From Centroscyllium fabricii (lineage: Eukaryota): DNA of 64,000 bases. The stretch spans positions 562,898,001 through 562,962,000 of the forward strand of contig JBNRSN020000002.1 in NCBI GenBank assembly GCA_051313645.2. The letters run 5' to 3'. Made by a program: the position numbers and the translations under genes. Below, piece after piece: positions 61,618-64,000 of the stretch (the first letter of the stretch is position 1; each line of letters starts with the position of its first letter). The notes below the pieces were generated by a model that was not told the DNA's origin, did not search any database, and worked only from the letters and a program-made list of their open reading frames with translations.

Positions 61618-62309
61618 GGGTTTATAACAATTTATTTTAGCAGCAGACTGATGAAATCTGTAGATATTAAGTAGAAGCAGCTTCAGTCACTGGTCTAGTT
61701 TTTGATTTCAGCCAGATGGGGCAGGGGCGACCACCGCTAACCCCCGTAATCCTAGAGTAAGGTGAGGGGACGAAAATGACACCAGCTTTTTGCTCCTGAT
61801 TGCGACTCAGCAGCCATGGGCTTGAAGCACGCTGGCGTGAATATTTGGTGATCCCAGGATTGTTCTCCGCTGTAATAACAGCAGAAAGTGCTGGAAACGC
61901 TCAGCAGGTCAGGCAGCGTCGAGGAGAAAGCAACCGAGTCAACGTTTTGGGTCGAACCCTGTTTCTCTCTCCTCAACGCTACCTGGCCTGCTGAGTGATT
62001 CCAGCATTTTCTGTTGTTAACTTCAGATTTCCAGCATGCGCAGTATTTTGCTATTGATCTCAGCTGTGCTTTCGTGGTTGAACCTCCCCACCTGATCTGA
62101 TATAAGAATGGTTTGGGGTACCAGAATGTGGTTGCAAGCGGAGCCCAGTGGTGACTTGGGGTGGGGGGGCGGGTGATGAGGGTGTGGGGGTTGGAGGGAA
62201 GGAATGCCAGATACAGGAAACTCTCTTTTAACCGGCACCCGCATATCTAGAAATCTCTCTTAACCGGCAAAATTCAGGAGTAGGTTCAGGTATGTTTTAC
62301 TAGGTATTA

Positions 62310-62980
62310 GTGGTCATGTAACCGGGGTTCCTGCACCTGTGGCCGTGTAACCGGGACTCCTGGATCTGTGGCCGTGTAACCGGGGTTCCTGCATCTGCTC
62401 CGCCATACGGCCCCTCGAGCCTGCTCCACCACTCGGCCCCTTGAGCCTGCTCCACCATTCGGCCCCTCGAGCCTGCTCCACCATTCGGCCCCTCGAGCCT
62501 GCTCCACCACTCGGCCCCTCAAGCCTGCTCCACCACTCGGCCCCTCGAGCCTGCTCCACCACTCGGCCCCTCGAGCCTGCTCCACCACTCGGCCCCTCGA
62601 GCCTGCTCCACCACTCGGCCCCTCGAGCCTGCTCCACCACTCGGCCCCTCGAGCCTGCTCCACCACTCGGCCCCTCGGGCCTGCTCCACCATTCGGCCCC
62701 TCGAGCCTGCTCCACCATTCGGCCCCTCGAGCCTGCTCCACCATTCGACCCCTCGAGCCTGCTCCACCATACGGCCCCTCGAGCCTGCTCCACCACACGG
62801 CCCCTCGAGCCTGCTCCACCACTCGGCCCCTCGAGCCTGCTCCACCACTCGGCCCCTCGAGCCTGCTCCACCACTCGGCCCCTCGAGCCTGCTCCACCAC
62901 TCGGCACTTCGAGCCTGCTCCACCATTCGGCCCCTCGAGCCTGCTCCACCATTCGGCCCCTCAAGCCTGCTCCACCATTC
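62310..62980. repeat. Minisatellites: 3 x 29 bp (62310-62396) then about 22 x 26 bp derived from the CR1 tail
   Basis: 26-bp unit CGGCCCCTCGAGCCTGCTCCACCA(C/T)T; runs directly into CR1 tail sequence (AAGATCATGGCTGATC) at 62984. Confidence 0.95.
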
Positions 62981-63845
62981 AGTAAGATCATGGCTGATCT
63001 TCAACCTCAACTCCGCTTTCCCGCCCGATCCCCATCAATGTTCCCCGTTCGCTGCCAGTTCCCCACGCGGCACGCTTCCTTTAAAGCGCAGTCCCTTTAA
63101 ATTTTTGGCGTGCGTGGTATTTACAATGGAAAAGCCGGCGAGTGGCCTGCGTGGGAGCTTTCCCATTACTGCGTGGTCATGCAGCTTAGAGGGAACATTG
63201 ATCTTCATATCCCTTGATTCCCCAGACTCCAAAAATCTATCGATCTCAACCTTGAACATACTCAATGACTGAGCATCTACAGCCCGCCAGGATGGAGAAT
63301 TCCAAAGATTCACCACCCTCTGAGTGAAGAAATTCATCTCATCTCAGTCCTAAATGGTCGCCCCCCTTATCCCTGAGACTGTGAACCCCCCAGTTCTAGA
63401 TTCTCCAGCTGGCATTTGTGGATCAATGCCAAATGTATTTATATGCCGTTCCTTTGCCTGGGGATGAATTTACTACGTTAAAGGCATTATATAAAGGCAT
63501 GTTGTTTTAATTTGACACCAGTGTAAGCGTAGGAATGTCGTACATACACGTTAAGCCTTCATCTGTTAGAATCATAAAGCGTTCCAGGACAGCAACAGGG
63601 CACTTGGACATTGAGTCTGCACCATAATCGCACTCTCCTGCTCGCTCCCCGTCCCCATTCATATTCCTGTTTTTTTCAAGCAACAATTGAAATCACTTTT
63701 AAAATAATTTACCTACCCAGCTTTGACAACAGCTTAATGTCGGCAACAGCCATTTCCAGGATTATGCATCTTAGCTACTTTGTACAGTAAAGCCAAACCA
63801 AAACTATATATACTCAAATCAAAAACCTGATGGGGCCGTGCCCCA

Positions 63846-64000
63846 GGTTGGAGAAGCTGGATTTGTTTTCATTGGAGCAAAAAGGAGGTTGAGGGGTGAT
63901 TTGAGGTGTACAAAATTATGACGGGTTTGGATAGGCTAGATGGGGAAAGGCTGTTCCCACTAGTTGATGGTGCAAGGACTAGGGGGACACAGGTTTAAGG
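63846..64000 (+). mobile_element. CR1 LINE fragment, runs off window end
   Basis: RLEKLDLFSLEQ...VYKIMTGLDRLDGERLFPLV..RTRGHRFK. Confidence 0.8.

Noticed and set aside
62307-63100. Long repetitive ORFs and a CRISPR-like appearance
   Set aside because: A head-to-tail 26-bp tandem repeat with no unique spacers and no cas genes; the ORFs are by-products of a stop-free unit.

Overview
Repeat-dense vertebrate genomic DNA, almost certainly from a cartilaginous fish (shark): it is dominated by HE1-type V-SINEs, their CR1/HER1-like LINE partner and Deu-domain SINEs. The only host gene I can support is one large exon of the heparan sulfate N-deacetylase/N-sulfotransferase NDST2 (+ strand; acceptor at 38933/38934, ATG 39318, donor after 40310), whose 5'UTR portion holds six upstream AUGs and a G-rich tract. 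The rest is intronic or intergenic and packed with nested elements: Penelope-like (PLE), CR1, L2, RTE, Rex1/Babar and Vingi-like retrotransposons, at least eight solo LTRs, and Tigger/pogo-, hAT- and Harbinger-type MITEs. The most interesting observations are (1) short fold-back PLE derivatives carrying minimal type-I hammerhead ribozyme motifs on both strands, (2) DNA-transposon MITEs of two superfamilies sharing repeated NRF1-like (GCGCATGCGC) and YY1-like (AAAATGGCCG) modules, (3) Harbinger-like MITEs rich in consensus splice donors flanking the NDST2 exon, (4) a 22-bp micro-inversion that is the only lesion in a Rex1 RT frame, (5) a stop-free Vingi-like ORF, and (6) a 26-bp minisatellite derived from the CR1 3' tail. 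Family names come from motif recognition, not database searches. Boundaries without a stated TSD are approximate.
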